Below are positions 19,403-39,940 of a DNA stretch of 64,000 nt, piece after piece (the first letter of the stretch is position 1; the number at the start of each line of letters is the position of its first letter). The notes under the pieces are model-generated. The model was not told the DNA's origin and did no database searches. It saw only the letters and a list, made by a program, of their open reading frames with translations. The stretch is from the human T2T-CHM13v2.0 reference genome, Homo sapiens. The stretch lies in assembly GCF_009914755.1 (NCBI RefSeq), contig NC_060930.1. One strand, 5' to 3'. A program made the position numbers and the translations under genes.

Positions 19403-20088
19403 TGAAACTGCCTTTGCAAAATTAAGACTAAGACAGTGAGAGAGATCTAACTTAACCGACTCCATCTTGCTTCTCACCTCCAAGCTGTCCTTGTTCATTC
19501 CTGGGCATAGACTGAACTAACTTTGGGAAATACTTAGTTTATAGTTTATAGTTTAAAACAAAGACGATAACAGCCCTTTCCCAAAGCTGACCTCCTTCTT
19601 GCCTGGGGACTAGATTGCCTTTGTAGGACTAACATCAGCCACAAGGTTAGAAATTATAGTTTAGGAGTCGTGCAGCTGGAGGCTACAAGATTCTGACCCT
19701 CCCTAAACTGCTCCTAAGATCAGTGCTTGAGATATTTGCAGACCCTGCACTTGATGGATCAGCTGGCACCACCCCATCAATAAACTGGCTCACCTGATCC
19801 TGTGGCCCCCACCCAGGAACTGACTCAGCACGAGACAGCTTTGACTCCCTGTGATTTCACCCCTGACCAATCAGCACCCCGGCTCACTGGCTTTCTCCTG
19901 CCCATCGAATTGTCCTTAGAAACTCTGCTCCCAGCATGCTCGGGGAGACTGATTTGAGTAATAATAAAACTCCAGTCTCCTACACAGTCGGATTTGCATG
20001 AATTACTCTTTGTCTATTGCAGTTCCCCTGTCTTGGTGAATTGGCTCAATCTAGGCAGCAGGCAAGGTGAACCCCTTGGGTGGTCACA
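19403..20088 (+). mobile_element. LTR8-type ERV1 solo LTR
   Basis: Starts 'tgaaactgcctttgcaaaatta...gactccatcttgcttc', ends 'gggtggtcaca'; TSD actg at 19399-19402 and 20089-20092. Confidence 0.85.
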
Positions 20089-20403
20089 ACTGGCCCATAA
20101 GTGCGAGGCTCATGAGCAGCGAAGCAGGCCAGCCCCCCAGGCAGCTGGCTCTGACCACTAACGCTTTCCCATTTCCCGTAGAACTGGTGTGCAGCCATTA
20201 GTTCACACAAGTCACATGAAAGCCCTGTGTTTCCAAACGTGCAGCCGCTCCGCACCACAACAAATATCGTGTTGGTCGGAAAACAATAGCTCTCCCCTCA
20301 GACACACAGTGAACCTTCTCATTCTGAATATGTCCATTTCTTCAATAACTACAAGAGGTATCTGCTATGTGCCAGGTGCTGTTCTAGAAACACATTGATA
20401 TTC

Positions 20404-21717
<1,314 letters not shown>

Positions 21718-22220
21718 CACACTGGTATTCATAACAGATGTATGCACAAGGCATGGAAGCTACTCAAAACACACAAAGATACCTGCCTCCTGGAGGGGAT
21801 GTTGCTCAGACCAGCAAGTAACAGGCCCTTGCATAAGAAACTAAGAGCTTTAGAGGGGCACCCCCTGCCTGCGCAGGCCCAGGTATAATTGTAATGGAGA
21901 AGCTGCACTTCAGTCCCTCAGCCAAAACCTCTCTTGGGGGCCTTTCACTTGATTCCAGCTGTCCTGTCTTCCTGGCTCCCAGTGGGCTATGCTGTCTTCC
22001 CAAGTTACTCCATTTCCTGATCCCAGGACCAGACACTGTGCATCCACCCATCCAGTGAATTGTTTCAATCACTCGTTCAATCACCTCTTATTGAGTTCCT
22101 CCTTGGTGACAGGCACTGTGCTGGCTGGTAGAAACATACAGATAAACAAGGCAGCCTGTTGCCCGTGAGCCAGCTCCGGGACATTCGGGTGGAAAGCACC
22201 ATGTGTTCCTGAAGCAGTCA

Positions 22221-23154
<934 letters not shown>

Positions 23155-23201
23155 CCCAATCACTTTTAATGTAGGCAAATTCGTAGGAGCTCTGAAATAT
23201 A

Positions 23202-23580
23202 CAGTCAGGTGTTGCTTCACCATGGGGTTATGTTGTGAGAAGTGCATTGTTAGGTAATTGTGTTGTTTTGGAAACATCATAGAGCGCATTTACGCAAACC
23301 TAGATGGTGCTTCACCGTGGGGTTATGTTGTGAGAAGTGCATTGTTAGGTAATTGTGTTGTTTTGGAAACATATAGAGTGCATTTACGCAAACCTAGATG
23401 GTATCGGCCTACCACATACCTAGGCTAAGTGGTAGAGCCCATTGCTCCCAGGCTACGGACCTGTACAGCAAGTACTGAGTACTGCAGGCAATTGCAGCAC
23501 AATAGGAAGTATTTATGTCTCCAAACGTATCTAAACAGAAAAGGTAAAATACAAATATGGTAATATAATCTTAAGGGACC
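23202..23580 (-). mobile_element. Tigger3/MER47-like DNA transposon with an internal tandem duplication of about 95 bp
   Basis: 'cagtc...gagaagtgcattgttagg...aaacctagatgg'; copies at 23213-23307 and 23308-23401. Confidence 0.75.
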
Positions 23581-24029
23581 GCATCAAGAAATGACTGGCA
23601 AAGTTCACGTAAAAATGCCCTTGGCAATTATGCATGATTTGACCTGCAATAACTACTGGGTCCCACATAATGAGCGGAAGGTCGGGCACCCTACTACACC
23701 TCATAATTCACATGGGTAATTTGATGTAGTTGTTAATGGTCTGCCGTAAAAAAGAGTCATCATCCTAACAGCTCCAAAGCTATTTCTGTAACTGATCTTT
23801 ATCCTAGCAGTCACAGCCGAACACGCCCACATGGATCCTCAGTGAAAGGCAAAGTTAGAAGCTGGCAAGCTCTCCATTAGCTGCAATCATGCTGGTCTAA
23901 GATGAATCCTTTTATTGGAAATCTGGTGGGCAAAGCCACAGAAGCTCTCTTTTCTCTGGGAAATAATATAGCTTCTAGGTAATGTGTGCTTTACAGCCCA
24001 CACCTCCTGGCCATGCTTTGCCCTAGGGA

Positions 24030-24265
24030 TGGGGTGACACAGTGGGAGAGAGTGAGGGGGAAGGGAAGGGGGAGAGGGAGGAGGAAGAAAGAGGGAGGGA
24101 AAGCGGGTGGGGGAGGAGGAGTGGGCATGAGGGGGAAGAGAGAAGGAAGGGGAAGCGGAAGGGGAGAGGGAGAAGAGGGAGGGGAAGTGAGAAGGAAGGG
24201 GAAGAGAGGGAGAAGGAGGAGGAAGGAAAGGGACAAGAGGGAAGGATGAGAGGGAGAGAGAAGGG
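24030..24265. repeat. GA-rich polypurine low-complexity tract
   Basis: Almost pure G/A sequence. Confidence 0.9.
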
Positions 24266-24351
24266 CTTCAAACAACCTTCAACACACACAGAATGGCCCT
24301 CTGCTTCTATTTCTTTCTTTTAACCAATAATTTAATTGAAAAAGAATTTTA

Positions 24352-24940
<589 letters not shown>

Positions 24941-25380
24941 TTAAGGCTAAGTACAGACAGTCACGTACCAGTTTCAGTCAACTATGAACCAAATATACAG
25001 CAATGGTATATTTGCTGTGTCCCATAAGAGTATAATGGAGCTGGAAAATTCCTATCACCCAGTCACATCTTGATGATCCTGAACCTGTGTAGGCTAATGT
25101 ATATGTATGTGTCTTAGTTTGTAACAACAAATTTTTAAAGTAAAAAAAAATAAAAAAATTTTTAAAATAGAAAAAAGTTTATAGAATAAGGATACAAAGA
25201 AAGAAAATAATTTTGTAAAGCTGTAAAATGCGTTTGTGTTTTAAGCTGTTTTGTAAAAGAGTCAAAAAGTTAAAACAAATTAAAAAGTTTATAAAATAAG
25301 AGAGTTACAGTAAGCTAAGGTTAATTTATTATAATATTATTATATAATTTATAATTAATTTATTATAATAATATTCTTTT

Positions 25381-26154
25381 AAAATATGGAACACTGCATG
25401 AATTTACATGTTGATATGGTTTGGCTGTGTCCCCACCCAAATCTCATCTTGAATTGTAATCCCCATAATCCCCACATGTCATAGGAGGGACCCAGCGGGA
25501 AGTGATTGGATCACAGGGGCAATTTCCCCCATGCTGTTATTGTGATAGTGAGTGAGTTGTCATGAGATCTGATTTTTTTTTTTTTTTTTTTTGCGACAGA
25601 GTCTTGCTCTGTAGCCCAGGCTGGAGTGCAATGGCATGATCTCGGCTCACTGCAACCTCTGCCTCCTGGGTTCAAGTGATTCTCCTGCCTCAGCCCCCTG
25701 AGTAGCTGGGATTACAGGCACCTGCCACCTTGCCCGGCTAATTTTTGTATTTTTAGTAGAGACGGGGTTTCCCCATGTTGGCCAGGCTGGTCTTGAACTC
25801 CTGACCTCAGGTGATCTGCCCGCCTCGGCCTCCCAAAGTGCTAGGATTATAGGTATGAGCCACCGCGCCCTGCCGAGATCTGATGGTTTTATACATGTCT
25901 AGCATTTCCCCTGCTTGCACTCACTTCTCCTTCCTGCTGCCTTGTGAAGAAGGTGCCCTGCTTTTCCTTTGCCTTCTGCCACGATTGTGTTTCTTTTCTA
26001 AGGTCTCCCCAGCCATGCTGAACTGTGAGTCAGTTAAACTTCTTTCCTTTATAAATTACCCACTCTCGGGTATTTCTTTACAGCAATGTGAGAACAGATT
26101 AATTCACATGTCATCCTTGCACAGGGGCCATGCTGATCTTCTCTGTGTCATTCC
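25381..26154 (-). pseudogene. 5'-truncated U6 snRNA retrocopy split by a MaLR LTR
   Basis: 25381-25411 'aaaatatggaacactgcatgaatttacatgt' and 26107-26154 'catgtcatccttgcacaggggccatgctgatcttctctgtgtcattcc' join into the reverse complement of the U6 3' two-thirds; TSD ttaatttatta at 25321 and 26155. Confidence 0.9.
25412..26106 (+). mobile_element. THE1/MSTA-type solo LTR containing an Alu (25574-25873 -)
   Basis: Starts 'tgatatggtttggctgtgtccccacccaaatctcatcttgaattg'; 5-bp TSD catgt; Alu TSD gagatctgat. Confidence 0.9.
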
Positions 26155-26389
26155 TTAATTTATTACTGAAGAAAGAAAAATACTTGTTACACATTTAGCA
26201 TAGCCTACGTGTACAATGTTTATCAAGTCCACAGCAGTGTACAGTAATGCCCTAGGCCTTCACATTCACTCACCACTCACTCACTCATTGACTCATCCAG
26301 GGCAACTTCCGTTCCTGTAAGCCTCGTCCATGGTAAGTGCGCCATTCAGGTGTACCATTTTTATCTTTTTGTAATTGTAATTTTAATTA

Positions 26390-26523
26390 AAATAAATTTT
26401 TTTTATAGAGTTGAGGTCTTGCTTCGTTGCCTAGGCTGGTGTTGAACTGCTGGCTTCAAGTGATCCTCCCACCTTGGCTTCCCAAAGTGCTAGGATTACA
26501 GGCATAAGCCACTGTACCCAGCC
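26390..26523 (-). mobile_element. FLAM/Alu left monomer
   Basis: Monomeric Alu with TSD ccatttttatcttttt. Confidence 0.8.
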
Positions 26524-26679
26524 CATTTTTATCTTTTTTTTTCATTTTAAATTTAGTTTATTGGTTAAATCATGACATAGAAGTTCACTGTTCAAAAAAT
26601 CATTAAAGATTATTGTGGCCGGGTGTGGTGGCTCACGCCTGTAATCCCAGCACTTTGGGAGGCCGAAGCAGGTGGATCA

Positions 26680-26997
<318 letters not shown>

Positions 26998-27217
26998 TTA
27001 ATATTTTTATTGTACCATACAGGTTAGTACTGTTATTGTCAGTATGTACTTTCATAAAAACATATAGTATGAATCATTTTCTTTTAAAAATGCTTCAAGG
27101 CAGGGCACGGTGGCTCATGCCTGTAATCCCAGCACTTTGGGAGGCTGAGGTGGGGGGATCATGAGGTCAAGAGATTGAGATCATCCTGGCCAACATGGTG
27201 AAATCCTGTCTCTACTA

Positions 27218-27518
<301 letters not shown>

Positions 27519-27579
27519 TCAGTATTCCCAAAGTCCCATACCTACGTGTTCATTGCCTAACCTTTTGAGAATTTCTTCT

Positions 27580-28273
<694 letters not shown>

Positions 28274-28389
28274 TAGACCCTTGGTGCACAGTAGGCGATA
28301 CCATCTAGCTTTGTGTAAGCACACTCTGATATTCACATGATGATAAAATCACCTAATGAGGCATTTTTCAGAACATATTTCTATCATTA

Positions 28390-28752
<363 letters not shown>

Positions 28753-29105
28753 CTATCTATCCATCTATCTGATGACTTTCTTTTCTCTCCAGGATGTATG
28801 GTGTTTTAGAAGAAATAATAGCTCAGTGGCACAAAGGATCAGAGAAATTCACACCTGAGATGTGGGAATCAATGACAAAGACAAAGATCTCTTCCCAGAG
28901 AATATTCTCCTTCATGCAGGAGCCCAGGAATACTATGCGACACTTGATACTAGCCCTGAGTATTGGCAGGTCCTGTACCTCCCATCTGAGGTGTGGTCAT
29001 TTCTCCCACTTCTAAGAGTAAATGAATTATCATTCCCATCTTGATTGACTCATTTAACAAGAATAAGAAGCTCATATCTCAAGTAAGGGCTGGACCATGA
29101 GACCA

Positions 29106-29443
29106 TGTGTCTTAGTCTGTTTGGCTGCCATAACAAAATACCTTAGACTGGGTCATTTATAAACAACAGAAATTGGTTGCTCACAGTTCTGAGGCTGGAA
29201 GTCCAAGATCAAGGTGCCAGTGGACTTGGTGTGTGGGGAGGGTGCTCTGCTCCATGAGCGGTGTGCTGTTGCTGTGTCATCATTTTGCCCAAGTGTCTTT
29301 TATAAGGACTCTAATCTCATTCACAAGAGTGGAGCCCTCCTGACTTAATCACTCCCCAGGGGCCTCATCTCTTCATACTACTACATTGGGTTTTAGGTTC
29401 CACCTATGAATTTTGGGAGACACCAACTTTCAGACCATAACAG
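29106..29443 (-). mobile_element. MLT1A-type solo LTR
   Basis: 'tgtgtcttagtctgtttggctgccataacaaaataccttagactggg...tcagaccataaca'. Confidence 0.8.
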
Positions 29444-29449
29444 CATGGT

Positions 29450-32404
<2,955 letters not shown>

Positions 32405-32824
32405 CATAATATTACTATTCTTAATGAAATAAAATGTTTTTTGGTACCATTCATAAATAAAGTAAAGCAAGCATTATTTTAGAAAACCCACTAATGTACT
32501 ACTAAGGATGCAAGATGAAAAATGTGGTGACCTCTATTCTAGTGATGTTTCTGAAGATGCTGTAATTCTCTAGGTACTAGCACCCCTGGGATGCTACCCT
32601 CCCCGCACAACTAGTGACTGTGATCTGTGGGAACTGGCTGGGCTTACTGCTTGAACCCAGTCTTGTTCTAAAGATAGTTACGGAGTTTGTGTATACAAAT
32701 TCAGTGTGCTGTCTTGGTTTTATTGGAACAGTCTCAGGTCTATAGCATGTCTAAAGCAATCAGTAATCACATTTGGATGTTGTGTTAGAATACGTGGTTA
32801 TGATATGGTTTAATGTAATGACCT

Positions 32825-33288
32825 CCAAAAATAGCATAACACTCAGATGACTGTAAATTATTAATCAAGTCAATGTGGACTGGGAAGCACAGGTCCCAGA
32901 AGCAGCTGACCAAGCAAGTTTTATTACAGAAGACAGCACCCTAGCTATCCTTGAGCCATAACAATATCCATAAAAAACCCTCTGTATAGGCTCATTAGGG
33001 AGGCCAGAGTGATTTAGGGAATTATTTTGCAACGAATAAAAGCCTAACATTGACAAAAGTGAGAAGCCAGAGTGGAAATACTGTGATGATTTAGACTGCT
33101 TCTTGACTTCGGCTGGACCTTCAGGCCACCTGGGGCACTAGTATTTAAACACACACACAAAAAGTCCTCAAGGTATTCCGATATGCAGCCATGGTTGAGA
33201 ACCACTTTTACAACCATAATCATCATTGCATTTGCTTCACTTTCACTTCTGGACATGATAGAGAAACTGGTACCCGACTTGCCCTCTG
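32825..33288 (-). pseudogene. Candidate decayed Ig-domain exon(s), interrupted by a MER5-like element at about 33090-33206
   Basis: Acceptor tttttag| at 33289; PVSLSCP (33270-33250), G-F-Y-[fs]-RC (33044-33029), STLT-[fs]-INNLQSS...YF (32879-32828); needs frameshifts. Confidence 0.3.
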
Positions 33289-33439
33289 CTAAAAACGATA
33301 AAAGTAGACAGAATATATGCATCGACTGTTTTGGGGCATTGAGTAACAGGCAATGCTGGACTGGGATCATGAGATATGGGAAACACAAGATGAGCCCCAG
33401 GATCACCTGGCTTTCTGCCTGCTTTGGCACAGGGAAGTG

Positions 33440-34585
33440 AGATCCAAGCTGAGCAGTGACTTTACTGAGATGAAGAGGCAGAAATTGGGGCTTGGGGCTG
33501 CTGAAGTAGCTGAAGTCTGCAGAACAGGGTACTAGAGAAGAAGAGAGTTGTTCAGGACAATGAAGTCTGTGTGGGAAGTCTTTATGTGAATCCTTAACTT
33601 AGGACTAGGCTGTGATTGTCCAAGGCAGGCCTCCACGAGGCCTGTGCTGGGGCTGAGAGCGGCACAGTAATACTAGAACTTGCACGTTGCTTGGAGATGT
33701 TAGCGCTCTGGCCTAATGTGAACATTTTGGGCATTCGGGTGAGACCTAGAAAGGCTATGCCTTGGGAGTAAGGGCTATGCCTTGGGAGTAAGGACTATGC
33801 CATAAAGCAAGAACAATACTTTAGGACTAAGCTTTAAACCAAAATAGTTTCCTCCCAAACAAAGAATAATACTAGCCTAGCCTGATCAAAAGGATATAAC
33901 AGTAATTTAAATGCCTGCCAGAACAAAACTCAACATCTTATACAGGAAGATGACATAATCCAAACTCCCTACGTCGTATCATTCACAATGTCCACCACAC
34001 GATAACAAATTAGTAGACGTGCAAAGAAGCAGAAAAATGTGACCCATGATCAAGAAGAAAAAGCTATCAGTAACATCTAGATCCAATTGGTCTAAATGTT
34101 GAACTCAGCAGAGAAAGACTCTGAACAACTAATCTAAAAATATCCAAAGACTTAAAGAAAAGCATCGTCCTAATAAGATCAATGAGGAGTCTCAGCAGAG
34201 AAATGGGTTGATAAAAAAGGACCAATGGAAATGCTAAAACGAAAAATTACAATCTGTAAAATAAAAGTTTCACTGCTTAGCAACAGACTGCAGAAGAAAG
34301 GGCTGATGAATCTGAAATAAAGCAATAGAAATGATCAGATTTGAAGAATGAGAAGAAAAAACGAGCAGAGGTGTAGTGACTTATAGGGCAATTTCAAGTT
34401 GTCTAAATCATATGTAATTAGAATCCCAGTAAATGAAAAGAAAGAGAATGGCAGAAAAATTGTTGAAAGAAATAATAGCCTTGATCCCTCAAATTTAATG
34501 ATAAACATCAGTCTACAGATACAGGAAGCTTGGAGAACCCTAAACAAGAGAACAAGAGAACTATACCTCAGTATATAATAGTCAA
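33440..34585 (+). mobile_element. Ancient L1M 5'/ORF1 remnant, followed by Alu 34586-34894 (-)
   Basis: 'gcaaagaagcagaaaaatgtgacccatgatcaagaag', 'tacagatacaggaagct...agaacccta'. Confidence 0.65.
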
Positions 34586-34760
34586 TTTTATTTTACTTTA
34601 TTTTTTTCAGACAGGGTCTTGCTCTGTCGCCCAGGCTGGAGTGCAGTGGCATGATCACAGCTAGACCTGTGTAGCCTAGACCTCCCAGGCTCAGGTGATC
34701 CTCCCACCTCAGCCTCCCATATAGCTGGGACCACAGGTGCACGCCACCGTGCCTGGCTAA

Positions 34761-34913
<153 letters not shown>

Positions 34914-35502
34914 TAGAACACAAATTCAACAGTGGCAGAATCACATTGTCAACGCCAGCAGCATCAGGACAACAGGGAAGGAACGCCACAGTCACAGCCA
35001 TAGGGGAACCCAGCTTTTTTGATGATGACAACCACCCAGGTACCTGTTAAGATACAAGTCCCTGGCCTCCATCCCAAGCCCACTGATCAGAGTCACTGGG
35101 GGAGCTGGGTGGTTAAAAAGCAACCAGATAACTCTCACTCTGGGCAAGTCAGGAAACTGCCGGAATTCCCTTTACTGAGGAGTGGCCGACTGGTGATTGT
35201 CTTGGAAAATAAGAAAGGTTGTGTTTTTTCAGTGTGATAAATTTAAAAATATTCTGTTAAATAGTATTTGCTTTGTTTTTTAATGTTTCACAAATTGATA
35301 TTGATTAGTAGACAAAAGGATTGACCTGGCACAAACTTTACTTAGTTGGTGGAGATCCACAAAGCGATAATTATGCAGTCATAATTTGTGAAAACCCAGT
35401 ATGCTAAAATCAATCCGTTTTCGGTAGAATGTTCTAATTCATGCCTCTTATCCAGTAAATATACATAAGCATTTTAACGATGTATAGAAACTCTTTCTTT
35501 TG

Positions 35503-36698
<1,196 letters not shown>

Positions 36699-38439
36699 CT
36701 GGGAAGATAATAGCAGGAGGTAGAGAGACGATCATTAAATGACTATTGAAGCTCTTATTACAACCAACCATGATGTCACTCTCTCCCCGTAGATTTCTGC
36801 ATTCATTGCATTTCATGTTTTTTAGCTTCAGAGTAATCTGGTTGTAATTGCTAAGGTTGTCTGGGTTTCAGGTATCAGAAACCAACTCTGTAATTATTTT
36901 GAATGAAAAGGGAATTTACTGGAAGTTGGCCCAAGCATTTCAAGGCATTTGAACAACTGCACTTTGAAAAGGGCAGGACCTAGGAAGGCACTAGAAACCT
37001 GGACAATTGTGGGTCTTTAGTGTGCTGCTGTTAATGTGACTTGTCAACAATTGCCAGTCTGTTTCTTCCTTTCCGTCTTCAAAATCCCAGCTTCCTCTGT
37101 GAGGGAATGTGACTTGTTTACCTTGGGTCACTTGTCCTCTTGCAGACCTGTCAGCCCTGGGGGCACAGGATTTCATGGCTGCAACATGCTTGTTGACTGG
37201 GGCGGGGAAGTTATGGGTTTATCCTCTTCATTCTCTCCCTGGACACTAGTCACACTCATAGTTTCTGCTTTCCCTTCATTTAACTCACATTCAAATTTTT
37301 ATTTCTGGCTGGGCACGGTGGCTCATGCCTGTAATTGCAGCACTTTGGGAGGCCAAGGCGAGCAGATTGCTTGAGCCCAGGAGTTCAAGACCAGCCTGGG
37401 AAACATGGTGAAACCCCGTCTCTACAAAAAATACAAAATGTAACCAGCCATGGTGGTGTAGGCCTGTAGTCCCAGCTAGGGAGGCTGAGGTAGGAGAATC
37501 ACCAGAGCCTGGGGAGGTTGAAGCTGCAGTGAGCTGTGATCATGCTGCTGCACTCCATCCTGGGTGACAGAGCCAGATCCTGTCTCAAAAACAAACAAAA
37601 CAAACAAGCAAACAAACAAACACTTAATTTCTAGCCATTGCCTTCCTTCCAAGTTTGAAGCCCTCGCCTTTGACCCCCGGCTTTGCGTTTCTATCTGGAT
37701 GTTCCACCTGATCCAGACTCAGTTTCCCCCCGTATCCCTCCCTTGCCTCAGCCACAGTGCGCATCTGCTGTATGGTGGTTATTGAGGATATCAAAGTGGA
37801 TAAAATGTCCCTACTATGCTCTAGTGGCGCAGACAGGCAAGTCAGACAGAGGAGGTATTGGTTCTTGCTGGGGCCTTTTGAGTTAGACCTGAGGAGAGGT
37901 GGAAGGACTCTCTGAGCAGAGGCCCCTGCGGATGAGCCCATCACAGACAGGGCACCTGTTGGGAGGTGGCCCAGAGGAAGCTGGGAGGGCAGGTGGGGGC
38001 CCAGGTCAGCACAGTAGTAGAGGATCAGAGCCACGTGGCGGGGAGCAGCTCCTGCAGGCTTCCGGGGCAGTGAAGTCCCAGCTGAGACTGTGGCCAGCGG
38101 GAGTCGGCAGGTGAAAAGGAGGGAGGAAGGTAGGGAGAGCAGCAGGCGCAGAAACTAGTGCCCCTCACATTTAGTCCGCACTGGAAACCAAGTTCAACGT
38201 TCTCCGTGGACAGGATTCCGCACAAGTAGTCAATTTTCTGTTCTGAGACTGGCTTCGTTTCTGTCTCTCTCTTCTCTGATTCCAGCTCCTATTTGAGTGC
38301 TTGTGCATAATCAGAGTTTGATTATTTTAAAGCATTCTTTTTCCACTCTAAGTACATAATCATTGTAGAAAATCTGAAAGCAGAGGAACCCCTTAGAGGG
38401 CGAAATCACAGTCAGCCTTCAAACTCAAAGACACGGTAG

Positions 38440-39520
38440 GTACTTGGCACTGTCTTTCATTTCCTCCTGTGCTGTGATCTGCTCTGATGAGTGTGACTAT
38501 ACCAAATCCAGGACTGCGCCACGCCTCCTAAACTCCGACTCCTGGACGACACTGCAGCTTCCTCCGCTGCCTTGGGGACACGCCCCACTCGCTGTCAAAG
38601 CGCCCTGGAGTCTCCTCGCATCTCCCTTCCCTGGGCTCCACCCTTGGGGGCCCCCGGCTGTGGCTCCCACTCTGGGCCTCAGCTCCCGGGAACCCAACCC
38701 ACTCCCTTTCGCTCCTCGGCCTTCTCCTGCCGCCTTCTCTGGAAGGCTCCCTCATCCTCTGTCGTAGTCCAGGGCTCCCTCCTAGACCTGCGGCCCCGGC
38801 ACTGCGGCCATTCCTTGGTGCCCCGCCCGCCCTCCACCACCGAGCACGTCCTGCTTTTCTCCTGGGCTTCCTGGTGTCCACCAGGAGTTGAACTTCCTCT
38901 CTGTGTCCCCCTTGCCTGGCTCAGTGTCTGGGACAAGCTCTGTGCTCCTCTGCCCTACGTCCTTCCCATGGCCCACTGTCCCGAGCCCTCTGTCCTGTGG
39001 CTTGCTGTCCCGAGGCCCTTTCTCCTGTTCTCTGGCGGTGTGGCAATCTGTGTTCCCTTGGATGCATCTGTCCCTACCTCCGGGGCTCGACAGTCCCCTC
39101 TGCCTGGGAAACTCTTGCGGGCTGTCTGCATGGCTCCCGCCCCTTTTCAGGAGGTCCGCTGACTGCTCTCCTTACTGTTCCCTACCTGCCCCCAGCAGCT
39201 AGCAGGCCGTCGGTCCCTCATAAAATGTGTTGCTGACCTCGCACCCAGTACGCAGTGAACACGGGCGGGGAACGTCCGCGCAGGGGCGGGCACACCCTCA
39301 TTAAATGCAGCCCCAGCACTCCCACCTGGGTCAGCCTCCGGGCGACTCCGGGCTGCTGCAGCGCCACCGGCGCGCTTTCTGCCCACTGCTGCCCACTGCC
39401 TTCCTCTTTCAGTTGGGTCACAGATCGCTACACCGTTCCCATCGCCCTCCTGCTCGAACAGTTCCTTCTCTTTCCTGGCAGTGAGACCTCAAACGCTCCG
39501 GCGTGGGACTAAGGCCTCCG
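38440..39520. promoter_or_regulatory. GC/CpG-rich promoter-like region with GC box and CTCF-like motif
   Basis: Many retained CpGs in non-repeat DNA; ggggcggg at 39283; gcagcgccaccggcgcgc at 39358-39375 resembles the CTCF core on the minus strand. Confidence 0.55.
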
Positions 39521-39850
39521 CCATCATTTCCCCGAGTTCCCTGCCTTTGACAATTCATCAAATAGCGCTAGCTCTTTTTGTGTCTTAAATGTAAGCGGTA
39601 ATGAGTAAAATCAGTGTCTCCCTGACTAGTGCTCCAAATGCTAATGGTGACAAAGGCAATCAGGTGTCACCTGAAGTAACACTTGTAACATCAAGTAACA
39701 TCTGAATTCTGTTGGGCAAGGCCTTTATCATGAAGTTGTCATTATGAGAAAATAAATGAGACTAGCTTCCTGTTAGAAAGCACACACTGGGAAAATCACA
39801 AATAGGAAATTCAAGATTAACTCTTGCTAGGGAGAATAATCATTCTAATA

Positions 39851-39854
<4 letters not shown>

Positions 39855-39940
<86 letters not shown>

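Noticed and set aside
38572-39162. 196-aa ORF and overlapping ORFs
   Set aside because: GC-rich DNA is depleted of stops; no homology recognised and the start codon is non-ATG.
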